DNA from: an uncultured Gammaproteobacteria bacterium
GTDB lineage: Bacteria; Pseudomonadota; Gammaproteobacteria; Steroidobacterales; GCA-2729495
Assembly: GCA_963698405.1 (NCBI GenBank)
Contig: CAVOQT010000009.1
Coordinates: 11,185 to 75,184, forward strand
DNA length: 64,000 bases
Direction of reading: 5' to 3'
The first letter of the stretch is position 1; each line of letters starts with the position of its first letter. Both the position numbers and the translations under genes were made by a program. Under the pieces are notes generated by a model. It did no database searches. It worked only from the letters and a program-made list of their open reading frames with translations, and had not been told where the DNA came from. Below are positions 39,699 through 49,796 of the stretch, piece after piece.

Positions 39699-40862
39699 GT
39701 GGCCGACGATAACCAGACACCGCAGGAAGACCGCACCGAACAAGCCACATCGAAACGCCTGGACGATGCGCGGCGCAAGGGCCAGATCCCGCGCTCGCGC
39801 GAACTGAACATGGCGGTGGTGCTGGTTACCGCCTGCATAGCGCTCTACTCGGACCAGACCGGCATCGCCGCCAGCGCCCGTGAACTCATGACCAATGCGC
39901 TGCGCTTCGACCGCACGGCACTTGCCGATCCTGGCTACATGACTACCGCTCTGACTGATGCAGTATTCACCGCACTGCGCATGTGCTCACCATTGTTCGC
40001 TGCGCTGGCTGCCGCCGCAGTGCTCGGCGCGGTGGCCATCGGCGGCTTCGTATTCAGCACCGAGCCAGTTTCCTTCAAGCTTGAGCGCCTGAACCCGATC
40101 GCCGGAATCGGCCGGATGTTCAGCGCAAACAGCCTGGTGGAGGTGCTCAAGGCGCTGGCCAAGGCCGCAGTCATTATCGGTTTTATCGTCGCACTGCTGA
40201 TGAGCAGCACAGACTCTCTGCTGGGGCTTAGCGGCCGGCCGATCAATTCAGCGATGGCCGAAGCGACATGGTTATCACTGCTCGCACTCGCGGTATCCAG
40301 CGCCGCACTCCTGCTGATCGCTGCAGTCGATGCACCATGGCAACTGTGGAGCCATGCACAGCGGATGAAAATGACCCGCAAGGAGATCGAGGATGAAGCC
40401 AAGGAATCTGATGGCCGCCCTGAAGTTCGCAGCCGCATTCGCGCGCTGCAACAGGAAACGGCACGTCGGCGCATGCTGGCCGACGTCGCAAAGGCCGATG
40501 TGGTCATTACCAACCCGACCCACTTTGCCGTTGCCCTGCGCTATGACGACCAGCGCATGCGTGCCCCTGTCGTACTCGCCAAGGGAGCTGACCTGACCGC
40601 TGCACGAATCCGTGAGGTCGCAACCGGACACAAGGTGGCTCTGTTCGAGTCACCGCTGCTGGCGCGTGCCCTGTACTGGAGCACCGATATCGGCCAGGAA
40701 ATTCCGGCCCCGCTGTATCTCGCGGTGGCCCAGGTGTTGACCTATGTCTACCGCCTGCGCAACGCACACACGCTCGGCGGCGCCTGGCCGGAGAAGCCGG
40801 TGCTTGACGTCGATCCGCAACTGGCCAGCGGCCCACAGCAGCGACGACGCCGGCGTCGATAG
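39699..40862 (+). CDS. flhB: flagellar export switch protein FlhB
   Basis: GTG start. EDRTEQATSKRLDDARRKGQIPRSRELN and the autocleavage context ADVVITNPTHFAVAL. Confidence 0.92.
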   Translation: MADDNQTPQEDRTEQATSKRLDDARRKGQIPRSRELNMAVVLVTACIALYSDQTGIAASARELMTNALRFDRTALADPGYMTTALTDAVFTALRMCSPLFAALAAAAVLGAVAIGGFVFSTEPVSFKLERLNPIAGIGRMFSANSLVEVLKALAKAAVIIGFIVALLMSSTDSLLGLSGRPINSAMAEATWLSLLALAVSSAALLLIAAVDAPWQLWSHAQRMKMTRKEIEDEAKESDGRPEVRSRIRALQQETARRRMLADVAKADVVITNPTHFAVALRYDDQRMRAPVVLAKGADLTAARIREVATGHKVALFESPLLARALYWSTDIGQEIPAPLYLAVAQVLTYVYRLRNAHTLGGAWPEKPVLDVDPQLASGPQQRRRRRR

Positions 40863-40900
40863 ACGATAACTACTTAACACTTCCACAGCGGAATATTTAG

Positions 40901-42988
40901 ATGGCAGCACAAGGCGACAACTGGGTAGGCGCACTGCGCAACACGGCAATCATGAGCGCCGGGCTGCCGATGGTGGTACTGGCCATGCTGGCCATGATCG
41001 TCCTGCCGATGCCGCCGCTGGTACTTGATGCGCTGTTTACCTTCAACATCTGCATCTCGCTGGTCGTCATCCTGGCGGTCGTCTACGTCATGCGCCCGCT
41101 GGACCTGGCCGCATTTCCCACCGTTCTGCTGCTGGCCACCTTGTTGCGCCTGGCGCTGAACGTCGCCTCGACACGCGTGGTTCTGCTCAACGGCCATACC
41201 GGTGGCGATTCGGCCGGCAAGGTCATCGAGGCTTTCGGCGCCTTCGTCATCGGCGGCAATTACGCTGTGGGCATCGTGGTGTTCGCCATCCTGCTGATCA
41301 TCAACTTCATCGTGGTAACCAAGGGCGCCGGCCGCGTGGCAGAAGTCAGCGCACGGTTCACCCTCGATTCCATGCCGGGCAAACAGATGGCGATCGACGC
41401 CGACCTGAATGCCGGCATCATCACCCAGGCTGAAGCCGTGGCACGGCGCAGCGAAGTCCGCATGGAAGCAGACTTCTACGGCTCCATGGACGGTGCCAGC
41501 AAGTTTGTACGCGGCGATGCGATCGCCGGACTGCTGATCGTCTTCATCAACCTGATCGGCGGCATTCTGATCGGCGTGCTCCAGCACGACATGAGTTTTT
41601 CCCAGGCAGCATCGACCTACGCACTGCTGACCATCGGCGACGGACTGGTCGCACAGATTCCGTCACTGCTGCTTGCAATCTCGGTCGCCGTGATCGTCAC
41701 GCGCATGTCACGCTCCGAGGACATGGGCACGCAGCTGTTCCGGCAGCTGCTCGGCGACCGGCGCGTGCTGCGCGTGGTAGCTGTGCTGCTCGGGGTGCTC
41801 GGGTTGGTGCCCGGCATGCCGAACCTGGCCTTTCTGCTGATGGCTGCGGTATGTGCCGGCGGCGCCTGGCTGCTCGACCGGCGCGACAACCAGGCAGAAG
41901 AGGAAAGCGAGGCGCCGGTCATCCCGGACGTCGTCGACAACGAAGCCAGTCGCGAACTGTCCTGGCGCGATGTCGGCGAAGCCGATGCCATCGGCCTGGA
42001 TGTCGGTTACCGGCTGATTCCACTGGTGGATCGCCAACAGGATGGCGAACTGATGCGGCGGATCAAAGGCGTACGCAAGCGCCTTTCTGAAGAGCTGGGC
42101 TTCCTGATTGCACCGGTGCGGATCCGCGACGATCTGGATCTTCCGGCCAGCGGCTACCGGATCAGCGTGATGGGCTCGCCAATCGCCACCGGAGAGGTAC
42201 ATCTCGACCGCGAGCTGGCCATCAACCCCGGACACATTGAACAGCGCATCAACGGCATTGCCGGACAGGATCCGGCCTATGGCCTCGAAGCGGTATGGAT
42301 CGAACCCGTACAGCGTGAGGAAGCACAGTCGCGCGGTTATACCGTAGTGGATGTGCCGACGGTCATCGCCACGCACCTGAGCAAGGTGCTGCATGAAAAC
42401 GCCCACGAAATCTTCGGTCACCAGGAAGCACAGGAGCTGCTCGATCGGCTGGGCAAACAGGTTCCGAAGCTGATCGAGGAACTGGTGCCCAAAACCCTGT
42501 CGCTGTCGGTTGTCGTGCGCGTCCTGCAGGAGTTGCTGCGCGATCAGGTTCCCGTCTCCAACATGCGCACCATCTGCCAGGCGCTTGCCGAACATGGCCG
42601 CATCAGCCAGGACCCTGACACGCTGACCGGTGCCGTACGCGTGGCGCTGGGCCGGTCAATCGTGCAGCGGATCAGCAATGGCCATGAAGAACTGCCGGTC
42701 ATCACGCTGGACCCGCGGTTGGAACAGATCTTGCAAGAAGCACTCAAGGGAGGCGCAGACACGGCAGGAATAGAGCCGACATTGGCGGAAAAGCTGCAAT
42801 CCAGGCTATCGGATACCGCTCACCGCCAGGAAATTGTCGGCCAACCGGCTGTTCTGCTCGTATCACCGGCACTGCGCCCCTGGCTGTCGCGCTTCCTGCG
42901 GTTTGCAGTGCCTACGCTCAGGGTGCTGGCCTACAACGAGGTGCCTGACAGCAAGCGCGTGAAGTTGATTGCGGCAGTTGGAACCTGA
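40901..42988 (+). CDS. flhA: flagellar export gate protein FlhA
   Basis: 695 aa: FVIGGNYAVGIVVFAILLIINFIVVTKGAGRVAEVSARFTLDSMPGKQMAIDADL. Confidence 0.95.
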   Translation: MAAQGDNWVGALRNTAIMSAGLPMVVLAMLAMIVLPMPPLVLDALFTFNICISLVVILAVVYVMRPLDLAAFPTVLLLATLLRLALNVASTRVVLLNGHTGGDSAGKVIEAFGAFVIGGNYAVGIVVFAILLIINFIVVTKGAGRVAEVSARFTLDSMPGKQMAIDADLNAGIITQAEAVARRSEVRMEADFYGSMDGASKFVRGDAIAGLLIVFINLIGGILIGVLQHDMSFSQAASTYALLTIGDGLVAQIPSLLLAISVAVIVTRMSRSEDMGTQLFRQLLGDRRVLRVVAVLLGVLGLVPGMPNLAFLLMAAVCAGGAWLLDRRDNQAEEESEAPVIPDVVDNEASRELSWRDVGEADAIGLDVGYRLIPLVDRQQDGELMRRIKGVRKRLSEELGFLIAPVRIRDDLDLPASGYRISVMGSPIATGEVHLDRELAINPGHIEQRINGIAGQDPAYGLEAVWIEPVQREEAQSRGYTVVDVPTVIATHLSKVLHENAHEIFGHQEAQELLDRLGKQVPKLIEELVPKTLSLSVVVRVLQELLRDQVPVSNMRTICQALAEHGRISQDPDTLTGAVRVALGRSIVQRISNGHEELPVITLDPRLEQILQEALKGGADTAGIEPTLAEKLQSRLSDTAHRQEIVGQPAVLLVSPALRPWLSRFLRFAVPTLRVLAYNEVPDSKRVKLIAAVGT

Positions 42989-43007
42989 TTCACGGAGAGA
43001 TGTGGCC

Positions 43008-44216
43008 ATGAAGATCAGACGATTTACCGGCGTGGATATGCGGGATGCCTTGCGCCAGGTGCGCAACGCTCTCGGTGCGGAGGCGGTCATTCTGGAGACC
43101 ACGCACAACGCGACCGGGGTAGAGATTTCGGCGGCAGTCGATGCTGCCAGCGGTGCTGGCGAAGCAATGGCACTCAGCCACGAGTGGACTGCAGCCCGCA
43201 ACAGCCTGGGCAACAATGAGGATGGCCCCTGCGTGGCCATCAGTGGTGCCGCACGCAGCGGTGCGCTGGCCACCGTCAGTGAAATGGAACAGATGCGCGA
43301 AGAGATGCGCTCGATCCGCTCGCTGCTCGAAGCACAGCTCGGTCGCCTGATCTGGGACGATCAGTCACGACAGACACCTGAAGTCGCCGGCCTGCTGCGC
43401 AACTACACCCAGCTCGGATTCGACGCGGATATCGCGCGACAACTGGCAGAACGTTCTGCTGTCACGCATCCGGCTGGCGGCTGGACGGCAGTCCTGCGCA
43501 CACTGGTGGAAGAATTGCCGGTCGCTGACTGCGACCCGATCAGCGATGGCGGCAGCTACGCAATCATCGGCCCGACGGGTGTCGGCAAGACCACCACGAT
43601 TGCCAAGCTGGCAGCGCGGGCAGCGCTGCAGTACGGACCAGACAGTGTCGGCCTGGTAACCACGGATACCTTCCGCGTAGCCGCACGCGAACAACTGGAC
43701 ACCTACGGGCAGATCATCGGCATACCGGTCAGTCATGCCTGCGATACACAGGGTCTCAGCAAGGCGCTTGACGCACTGCAAAATCGGCGACTGATACTCA
43801 TCGATACAGCAGGACTCAGCCAGCGCGACCCACACCTGCCCGAGCATCTCGCCCGGCTGGGGACCGCTGATTCCGGCATAAGTACCCTCCTGGCGCTGCC
43901 AGCCAACGCCCACGCCGGCACGATGCAGGAAATTGTGGACGTGTTCCGGACTGTAAAACCTGTGGCATGCATCCTCACCAAGACGGATGAGGCGACATCG
44001 CTCGGGGCTGCGCTGTCGGTGCTGATTCGCAGTCAACTGGCCTTGGCCTACGTCGCCAATGGCCAGCGTGTTCCCGAAGACATTCACCTGATGCGTAACC
44101 GGCAATCGTGGCTGGCCAAGATGGCCGTAGAACTGATGCGCCGCGAGAACCGGGTGATCAATACCGATGAGATGGCAGGCAGATTTACGGAGGTCGCGAC
44201 CCATGCTTACGCCTGA
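43008..44216 (+). CDS. flhF: flagellar placement GTPase FlhF (SRP-type)
   Basis: MKIRRFTGVDMRDALRQVRNALG.., GTPase motifs GPTGVGKTTT, DTAG and TKTDE. GGAGAG SD. Confidence 0.9.
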   Translation: MKIRRFTGVDMRDALRQVRNALGAEAVILETTHNATGVEISAAVDAASGAGEAMALSHEWTAARNSLGNNEDGPCVAISGAARSGALATVSEMEQMREEMRSIRSLLEAQLGRLIWDDQSRQTPEVAGLLRNYTQLGFDADIARQLAERSAVTHPAGGWTAVLRTLVEELPVADCDPISDGGSYAIIGPTGVGKTTTIAKLAARAALQYGPDSVGLVTTDTFRVAAREQLDTYGQIIGIPVSHACDTQGLSKALDALQNRRLILIDTAGLSQRDPHLPEHLARLGTADSGISTLLALPANAHAGTMQEIVDVFRTVKPVACILTKTDEATSLGAALSVLIRSQLALAYVANGQRVPEDIHLMRNRQSWLAKMAVELMRRENRVINTDEMAGRFTEVATHAYA

Positions 44217-45096
44217 ACACCAGGACATCGCGGGTCAGGCCGCAGGTCTCCGCCGCATGCGCAATACGAAACCCGTCAAGGTGATCACCGTCACCGGCGG
44301 CAAGGGTGGCGTAGGCAAGACCAATATCTCGGCCAATCTGGCCGTCGCCATGTCGATGCTCGGTCGCCGGGTGATGCTGCTCGATGCAGATCTCGGTCTG
44401 GCCAACATCGATGTACTGCTTGGCCTGCAACCCAGCCACTCGCTGGCCGATGTGGTCAATGGCACACGGCGCCTCGAGGAAGTCATCGTGGTCGGACCAG
44501 CCGGAATCCGCGTGATCCCCGGTGCTTCCGGACTGTCAAACATGGCCAACCTGACACCAGCACAGCATGCCGGGATCGTGCATGCCTTCAGCGATCTGAC
44601 CGAAGATCTGGATGCACTGATCGTCGACACGGCCGCCGGTCTCTCCGAGAGTGTGCTGCGCTTCTGCGAAGCCGGCAACGAAGTACTGGTCGTGGTCTGT
44701 GACGAACCAACCTCGATTACCGATGCCTACGCACTGATCAAGGTACTGAGTACCGAGCGGGGCGTATCCCGCTTCCGCATCATCACCAACATGACGCACC
44801 AGGGCGGCGACGGACGTCACCTGTTCGAAAAGCTGCTGCGTGTCACAGAACGGTTCCTGCAAGTCACACTCGATCACGCCGGCAGCATTCCCTACGACGA
44901 CCGCGTATGGCGCGCCGTGCAATTGCAGACACCTTTTGTGACGTCGTTCCCCACCAGCCTGGCAGCGTCCGCACTCAAGAAACTCGCACTGCGTGCCGAT
45001 ACCTGGGAAGAGCCCCGTGCGGCACGCGGCAATATCGAGTTTTTCGTGGAGCGCTTGCTCGGGGCACAGGCCGGTCGGGAGAAGGCGCAAGCATGA
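44203..45096 (+). CDS. fleN: flagellar number regulator FleN/FlhG (MinD/ParA ATPase)
   Basis: Deviant Walker A GGKGGVGKT. LLDADLGLANIDVLLGL. GGAGG SD. Overlaps the flhF end. Confidence 0.9.
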   Translation: MLTPEHQDIAGQAAGLRRMRNTKPVKVITVTGGKGGVGKTNISANLAVAMSMLGRRVMLLDADLGLANIDVLLGLQPSHSLADVVNGTRRLEEVIVVGPAGIRVIPGASGLSNMANLTPAQHAGIVHAFSDLTEDLDALIVDTAAGLSESVLRFCEAGNEVLVVVCDEPTSITDAYALIKVLSTERGVSRFRIITNMTHQGGDGRHLFEKLLRVTERFLQVTLDHAGSIPYDDRVWRAVQLQTPFVTSFPTSLAASALKKLALRADTWEEPRAARGNIEFFVERLLGAQAGREKAQA

Positions 45097-45842
45097 TCCC
45101 CGCAAACCGCTATGCAACGGTCGCCGGGCACTCGCCCGATGCGCTCGTGCAGGAGCACGCCCCGCTGGTGAAGCGCATCGCGAATCACCTGCGTGGCCGC
45201 CTGCCGCATGGCACAGATCTGGATGATCTGATCCAGGTCGGGTTGATTGCGTTGCTCGATGCCGCGCGTCAGTACTCGCCGGCAAAGGGCGCGAGCTTCG
45301 AGACCTACGCGAGCATCCGGGTACGCGGCGCGATGCTCGATGAAGTCCGGAGTACGGACTGGACGCCACGCTCTGTTTATCGACGACAACGGGAACTGAC
45401 GGCAGCCATCCAGAAAGTGGAGAACAGGACAGGAAAACCGGCTGAGTCGCGCGAGATAGCCACCGAACTGGGCATCTCGCTGGACGAGTACTTCCAGATG
45501 GTCAGTGCAGCCACCACGCACCGGCTGTTCAGCCTCGACCAGGATGACGACGGCAGCGGCAACGATACATACCAGCAGCAGATTCCGGACCCGGATGCGG
45601 AACCGTGCTCTGAACTCGAATCGGATGAATTCCGGGCCGCCGTTGGCGAAGCCATTCGTTCGCTGCCGGAACGCGAGGCGCTCGTCATGTCACTGTACTA
45701 CGAGGAGGAACTGAACCTGAAGGAAATCGGCGAGGTACTCGGTGTTACCGAATCGCGAGTCTGCCAGATTCACGGCCAGGCCCTCAGCCGGGTGCGCTCA
45801 CGGGTGCATACGGCAATCAATGGCATGGCGGCTACACCCTGA
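45093..45842 (+). CDS. fliA: flagellar sigma factor FliA (sigma-28)
   Basis: ATGA overlap with fleN. Region 2 DLIQVGLIALLDAARQY, region 4 LNLKEIGEVLGVTESRVCQIHGQAL. Confidence 0.92.
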   Translation: MIPANRYATVAGHSPDALVQEHAPLVKRIANHLRGRLPHGTDLDDLIQVGLIALLDAARQYSPAKGASFETYASIRVRGAMLDEVRSTDWTPRSVYRRQRELTAAIQKVENRTGKPAESREIATELGISLDEYFQMVSAATTHRLFSLDQDDDGSGNDTYQQQIPDPDAEPCSELESDEFRAAVGEAIRSLPEREALVMSLYYEEELNLKEIGEVLGVTESRVCQIHGQALSRVRSRVHTAINGMAATP

Positions 45843-45896
45843 ACAGGTCATGGCAGAAATGACCCTCATACACAGCCCGGTACAGCGAGAGCGTGA

Positions 45897-46637
45897 ATGG
45901 ACGCATTGACCATCGCGGGCGTGGCGCTCGCCTTTATTTCCATCGTGATCGGCAGCATCCTCAAGGGTGCCGGCGTCGGCTCGCTGCTCAACTCGGCTGC
46001 ATTTGTCATCGTGGTCTGCGGCACCTTTGCCTCGATCCTGATCCAGACACCCAAGGCCACTTTCATGCGTGCCTGGAAAATCGTGCCATGGATCTTCAAA
46101 CCCCCTCTCGAGGACCACGAGCAGCTGATCGTGAAGATGGTCGAGTGGAGCGAAATCGCCCGCAAGCAGGGGCTGCTCGGACTGGAACCCGCCCTGGAGT
46201 CCGAAGCCGATCCCTTCGCACAGAAAGCCCTGCAGATGCTGGTCGACGGTACTGAACCGGCCAAGATCCGCGAAGCCCTGGAGATGGACATCGAGGTGAA
46301 GGCCAAAGCCAACACCGCAAGCGCAAAGGTCTTTGAGGGCATGGGCATCTATGCGCCAACACTCGGCATCATCGGCGCCGTGCTTGGTCTGATCGCCGTG
46401 ATGAAGAATCTCGCCGATCCGAGCAAGCTCGGCGGCGGTATCGCGGCAGCGTTTACCGCCACCATCTACGGCATTGGCCTCGCCAACCTGTTCTTTCTGC
46501 CGATCGCCAACAAACTCAAGGACGTGATCGCCAAGCAGACGCATACCAAGGAAATGATCATCGAAGGGATCATTGCCATCGCTGAAGGCGAGAACCCGCG
46601 CAACCTCGAAGCCAAGCTCAAGGGGTTTGCCGGCTGA
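45897..46637 (+). CDS. motC: flagellar stator protein, MotA/MotC (PomA-like) family
   Basis: 246 aa, 4 TM, with YAPTLGIIGAVLGLIAVM and AAFTATIYGIGLANLFFLPIANKL. Confidence 0.88.
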   Translation: MDALTIAGVALAFISIVIGSILKGAGVGSLLNSAAFVIVVCGTFASILIQTPKATFMRAWKIVPWIFKPPLEDHEQLIVKMVEWSEIARKQGLLGLEPALESEADPFAQKALQMLVDGTEPAKIREALEMDIEVKAKANTASAKVFEGMGIYAPTLGIIGAVLGLIAVMKNLADPSKLGGGIAAAFTATIYGIGLANLFFLPIANKLKDVIAKQTHTKEMIIEGIIAIAEGENPRNLEAKLKGFAG

Positions 46638-46655
46638 GGCCGGTGACACACCGTC

Positions 46656-47504
46656 ATGGCGAAGAAACACCAGCACGAAGACCACGTCAACCACGAGGCA
46701 TGGGCCATACCCTATGGCGATCTCGTGACCCTGCTGCTGGCGTTTTTTGTCGTCATGTACGCAACGTCGTCAATCAATGAAGGAAAATACAAGGTTCTCT
46801 CCGACTCGCTGAATGCAGCTTTCCGTGGCGCGCCGCGCACCATGGAACCTATCTCCATCGGGGACAAGCCAGCCAAGACCAAGGGTGACGACACGGTGGC
46901 CGGCATCAAGCCCGGTCAGGTCATCAAGCTTGAGTCCGAAGCAAGCACCAAAGAGCCGGAACCGGAAAACCAGGCCGAGAATTCAGCACTGCAGGGTCAC
47001 CTGCAAAAGATGAGTGAGGATCTCGAAACCGCGATGCAGGAACTCATCGACCAGGAAATGATCCGCATCAAACGGGCGCCATCCTGGGTCGAAGTTGAAA
47101 TCAAGGCCGATATTCTCTTTCCGAGCGGCAGTGCCGAGCTCGAGGCATCCGCAATGACGGTCATCGATCGCATAGCCACCATACTTGCCGTACGCCCATA
47201 CCCGATCCGCATCGAGGGGCATACCGACACACGACCGATCAAGACCAGTCAGTTCCCGTCGAACTGGGAACTGTCTGCAGCACGTGCCGCGCGCATCGTA
47301 CGGCTCTTCGAAGCGCACGGCATCGTCTCCAGCCGCATGGTCGTCGCCGGCCTGGGTGAGAACCGCCCCCTGTCAGACAATGCCACCGAAGAGGGGCGCA
47401 ATCGCAACCGCCGCGTCACCATCGTCATCCTCGGTAAACCGCCTGCTGCAGACGACCCGATGCCGGGTGGCATTGCCGAAGCGGCTCCGGAGGCTGCGCC
47501 ATGA
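46656..47504 (+). CDS. motD: flagellar stator protein, MotB/MotD family (OmpA-like C-domain)
   Basis: N-terminal plug/TM with the conserved Asp (PYGDLVTLLLAFFVVMY) and OmpA-like SNWELSAARAARIVRLF...NRNRRVTIVI. Confidence 0.88.
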   Translation: MAKKHQHEDHVNHEAWAIPYGDLVTLLLAFFVVMYATSSINEGKYKVLSDSLNAAFRGAPRTMEPISIGDKPAKTKGDDTVAGIKPGQVIKLESEASTKEPEPENQAENSALQGHLQKMSEDLETAMQELIDQEMIRIKRAPSWVEVEIKADILFPSGSAELEASAMTVIDRIATILAVRPYPIRIEGHTDTRPIKTSQFPSNWELSAARAARIVRLFEAHGIVSSRMVVAGLGENRPLSDNATEEGRNRNRRVTIVILGKPPAADDPMPGGIAEAAPEAAP

Positions 47505-47681
47505 GGCCCGTGGAACGCATAGGCCCTGGTATACCGCCCAGCCGCATCTCACCGATTGCCGACAGGCGTAGCAAGCCGAAACCAGACCAACGCCAGCAGC
47601 GCGAAAAAAACAGCTCACCGGAGAAAAGCTCCGATGGACGCGATCACATCATTGACGAACTTGCCTGAAGGAAATCACATC

Positions 47682-48173
47682 ATGGCCATTCTCGATACAC
47701 TGAATCTGAACAGTCTCAATCTGGGCAGCATCGATGTCAGTCAGCTGAACGAATTCCTTGCGGGCGATCTTGCGATCCATCCCGCTGCACTTCTTGCCGG
47801 CGGGCTGCTGGTACTCACCACGGTCTTTGCACTGGGGCTTTCGGTAATCCGGCTGAAACGCCAAGTGAAAGCCGTGGACGCGCGATGCGACGAGTCCCAG
47901 GATCGGCTGCAGACCATCGAACTCCTGCTGGCCAATACCACCAGCGAAGCGAGCCTGCTCCGGCAGCGCGTCGAACAACAGGTCGTACGTCAGGAAAACA
48001 CCCTGACCGGCAGCGCCAAGACCAGCCTGCGTCAGGCCATCGCCCTGTCGAAACATGGCGCGACGACCCGCCAGCTGATCGATACCTGCGAACTGAGTCA
48101 AGGCGAAGCACACCTGATCCAGACACTCTATGGCCAGCCGGCAGGTACTCCGGCAGCTGTAGAGCTGCACTGA
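47682..48173 (+). CDS. DUF2802-like flagellar-cluster protein
   Basis: One TM (LLAGGLLVLTTVFALGLSVI), a coiled coil, and a C-terminal HTH-like SLRQAIALSKHGATTRQLIDTCELSQGEAHLIQTLYG typical of DUF2802. AAGGA SD before the ATG at 47682. An upstream ATG at 47634 is possible. Confidence 0.55.
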   Translation: MAILDTLNLNSLNLGSIDVSQLNEFLAGDLAIHPAALLAGGLLVLTTVFALGLSVIRLKRQVKAVDARCDESQDRLQTIELLLANTTSEASLLRQRVEQQVVRQENTLTGSAKTSLRQAIALSKHGATTRQLIDTCELSQGEAHLIQTLYGQPAGTPAAVELH

Positions 48174-48249
48174 CGAAATAGCGCCCGATTGATACGGCAC
48201 ACAACCATTTGAAACAGCAGACAAGAATACATACGTGGGAGTTACGACG

Positions 48250-49770
48250 ATGAGCCAGGTTCCTGATCACATACTGCAGAGGCTGCGCACCTGCACCAGT
48301 TTCCCGACACCGCCCGCAGTAGCAATGCAGGTCCTGCAACTGGCCCAGGACCCGGACATAGGGCTTGGCAAGGTAGCCGATACCGTCAGCGCAGACCCGG
48401 CCATCGCGGCCAAGGTGATGCGCATCGCCAATTCAGCCATGTATTCACGCCGTCGGCAGAGTACCAACCTGCGCCAGGCACTGATCGTGCTCGGACTCAA
48501 TGCAACGCTGACACTGGCACTGAGCTTTACGCTCGTCGCGACCCTCAAAAGAAACACCACGCAGGGGTTTGACTTCAACTCCTACTGGCGTCGCACCATT
48601 CTGGCCTCGGCATGGGGCAAATTACTGGCCAGCGAGACCGGCCGCCGGGATGCCGAAGAAATATTCCTGGCCGCACTGCTCCAGGATCTGGGCATGCTGG
48701 TGATCGACAAGATCTGGCCGGAAGTCTATGAAGGTATCGCACCGTTCAAGATCGAACACAGCCGCATCTGCCAGCACGAACAGAATTGCATCGGCACGGA
48801 CCATCGTTCGATCGGCGCGGCACTGCTACGCATCTGGAACATGCCGGAAAGCCTGGTACGTGCCATCCAGCACAGCCACGACCCGAGTGCTGCTGGTGTA
48901 GATGGTGAAGAGAAAGCCTTTGTGCGTGCAGTCGCCATGTCGGGTGAACTCAGCGATGTCTGGCTGAGCTCGCACAATGAGGTCGCACTGCGGCGCGTTG
49001 CCCAGCAGGCCCACCGCTATCTCGGCATCCAGCCCAACCGTCTGGGCGAGATGTTTGATTTAGTCCGCGAACAGCTGCCGGTAGCCGAGGAACTGTTCCA
49101 GATGGAACTGTTCGACAGCGCACAACTGCAGGACATCACGGACGCAGCACAGGAAATCCTGATCGTCCGGAATCTCCACCAGATCCATGTCAATGAAAAA
49201 TCCCAGGAGGAAAAGAGCGCGCTGGAGAAGGAACACACCAAGCTCAAGACCGAAACGACCCGTGACGTCCTCACGAGCGCCTATAACCGGCGATTCTTCG
49301 AGACCCGGCTTGATCAGGAATTTGAAACGGCCAGGAAGCACAACTGGCCACTGTCCCTGATATTCATCGACCTGGACCGGTTCAAGGACGTCAATGACGG
49401 CCATGGCCATCAGGCCGGTGATGCCATCCTGAAAGCGGTTGCCGACATGCTCGCTGAAACCCTGCGTGATTCGGATACCGTATCCCGCTATGGTGGCGAT
49501 GAGTTTGTGCTGCTGCTGCCAGGCGTGGATACCGAGCAGGCCAACCGTGTCGGTACCCGCATCTGCGAAGCAGCGAGAACCCGCAAGGCCCTGATTGCCG
49601 ATGACAAGCAGGTAAGCATTACCCTGTCGCTAGGTATCGCAACCTGCGATGCACAGCATGCCTTTGACAGTGCGCAGGCCCTGCTGGCGGCAGCCGACTC
49701 GGCGCTATACCACTCCAAGCGCAGCGGGCGGGACCAGTACACCTGCTACGACAAGATCGAGGCCGCCTGA
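48250..49770 (+). CDS. HDOD-GGDEF diguanylate cyclase
   Basis: N-terminal HDOD (FPTPPAVAMQVLQLAQDPDIGLGKVADTVSADPAIAAKVMRIANSAMY), a coiled-coil linker, and a GGDEF domain with an intact active site (SRYGGDEFVLLLPG). I did not see an RxxD I-site immediately upstream. Confidence 0.85.
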   Translation: MSQVPDHILQRLRTCTSFPTPPAVAMQVLQLAQDPDIGLGKVADTVSADPAIAAKVMRIANSAMYSRRRQSTNLRQALIVLGLNATLTLALSFTLVATLKRNTTQGFDFNSYWRRTILASAWGKLLASETGRRDAEEIFLAALLQDLGMLVIDKIWPEVYEGIAPFKIEHSRICQHEQNCIGTDHRSIGAALLRIWNMPESLVRAIQHSHDPSAAGVDGEEKAFVRAVAMSGELSDVWLSSHNEVALRRVAQQAHRYLGIQPNRLGEMFDLVREQLPVAEELFQMELFDSAQLQDITDAAQEILIVRNLHQIHVNEKSQEEKSALEKEHTKLKTETTRDVLTSAYNRRFFETRLDQEFETARKHNWPLSLIFIDLDRFKDVNDGHGHQAGDAILKAVADMLAETLRDSDTVSRYGGDEFVLLLPGVDTEQANRVGTRICEAARTRKALIADDKQVSITLSLGIATCDAQHAFDSAQALLAAADSALYHSKRSGRDQYTCYDKIEAA

Positions 49771-49796
49771 CCGCTGATGCCGAAAGACTGCAGCGA

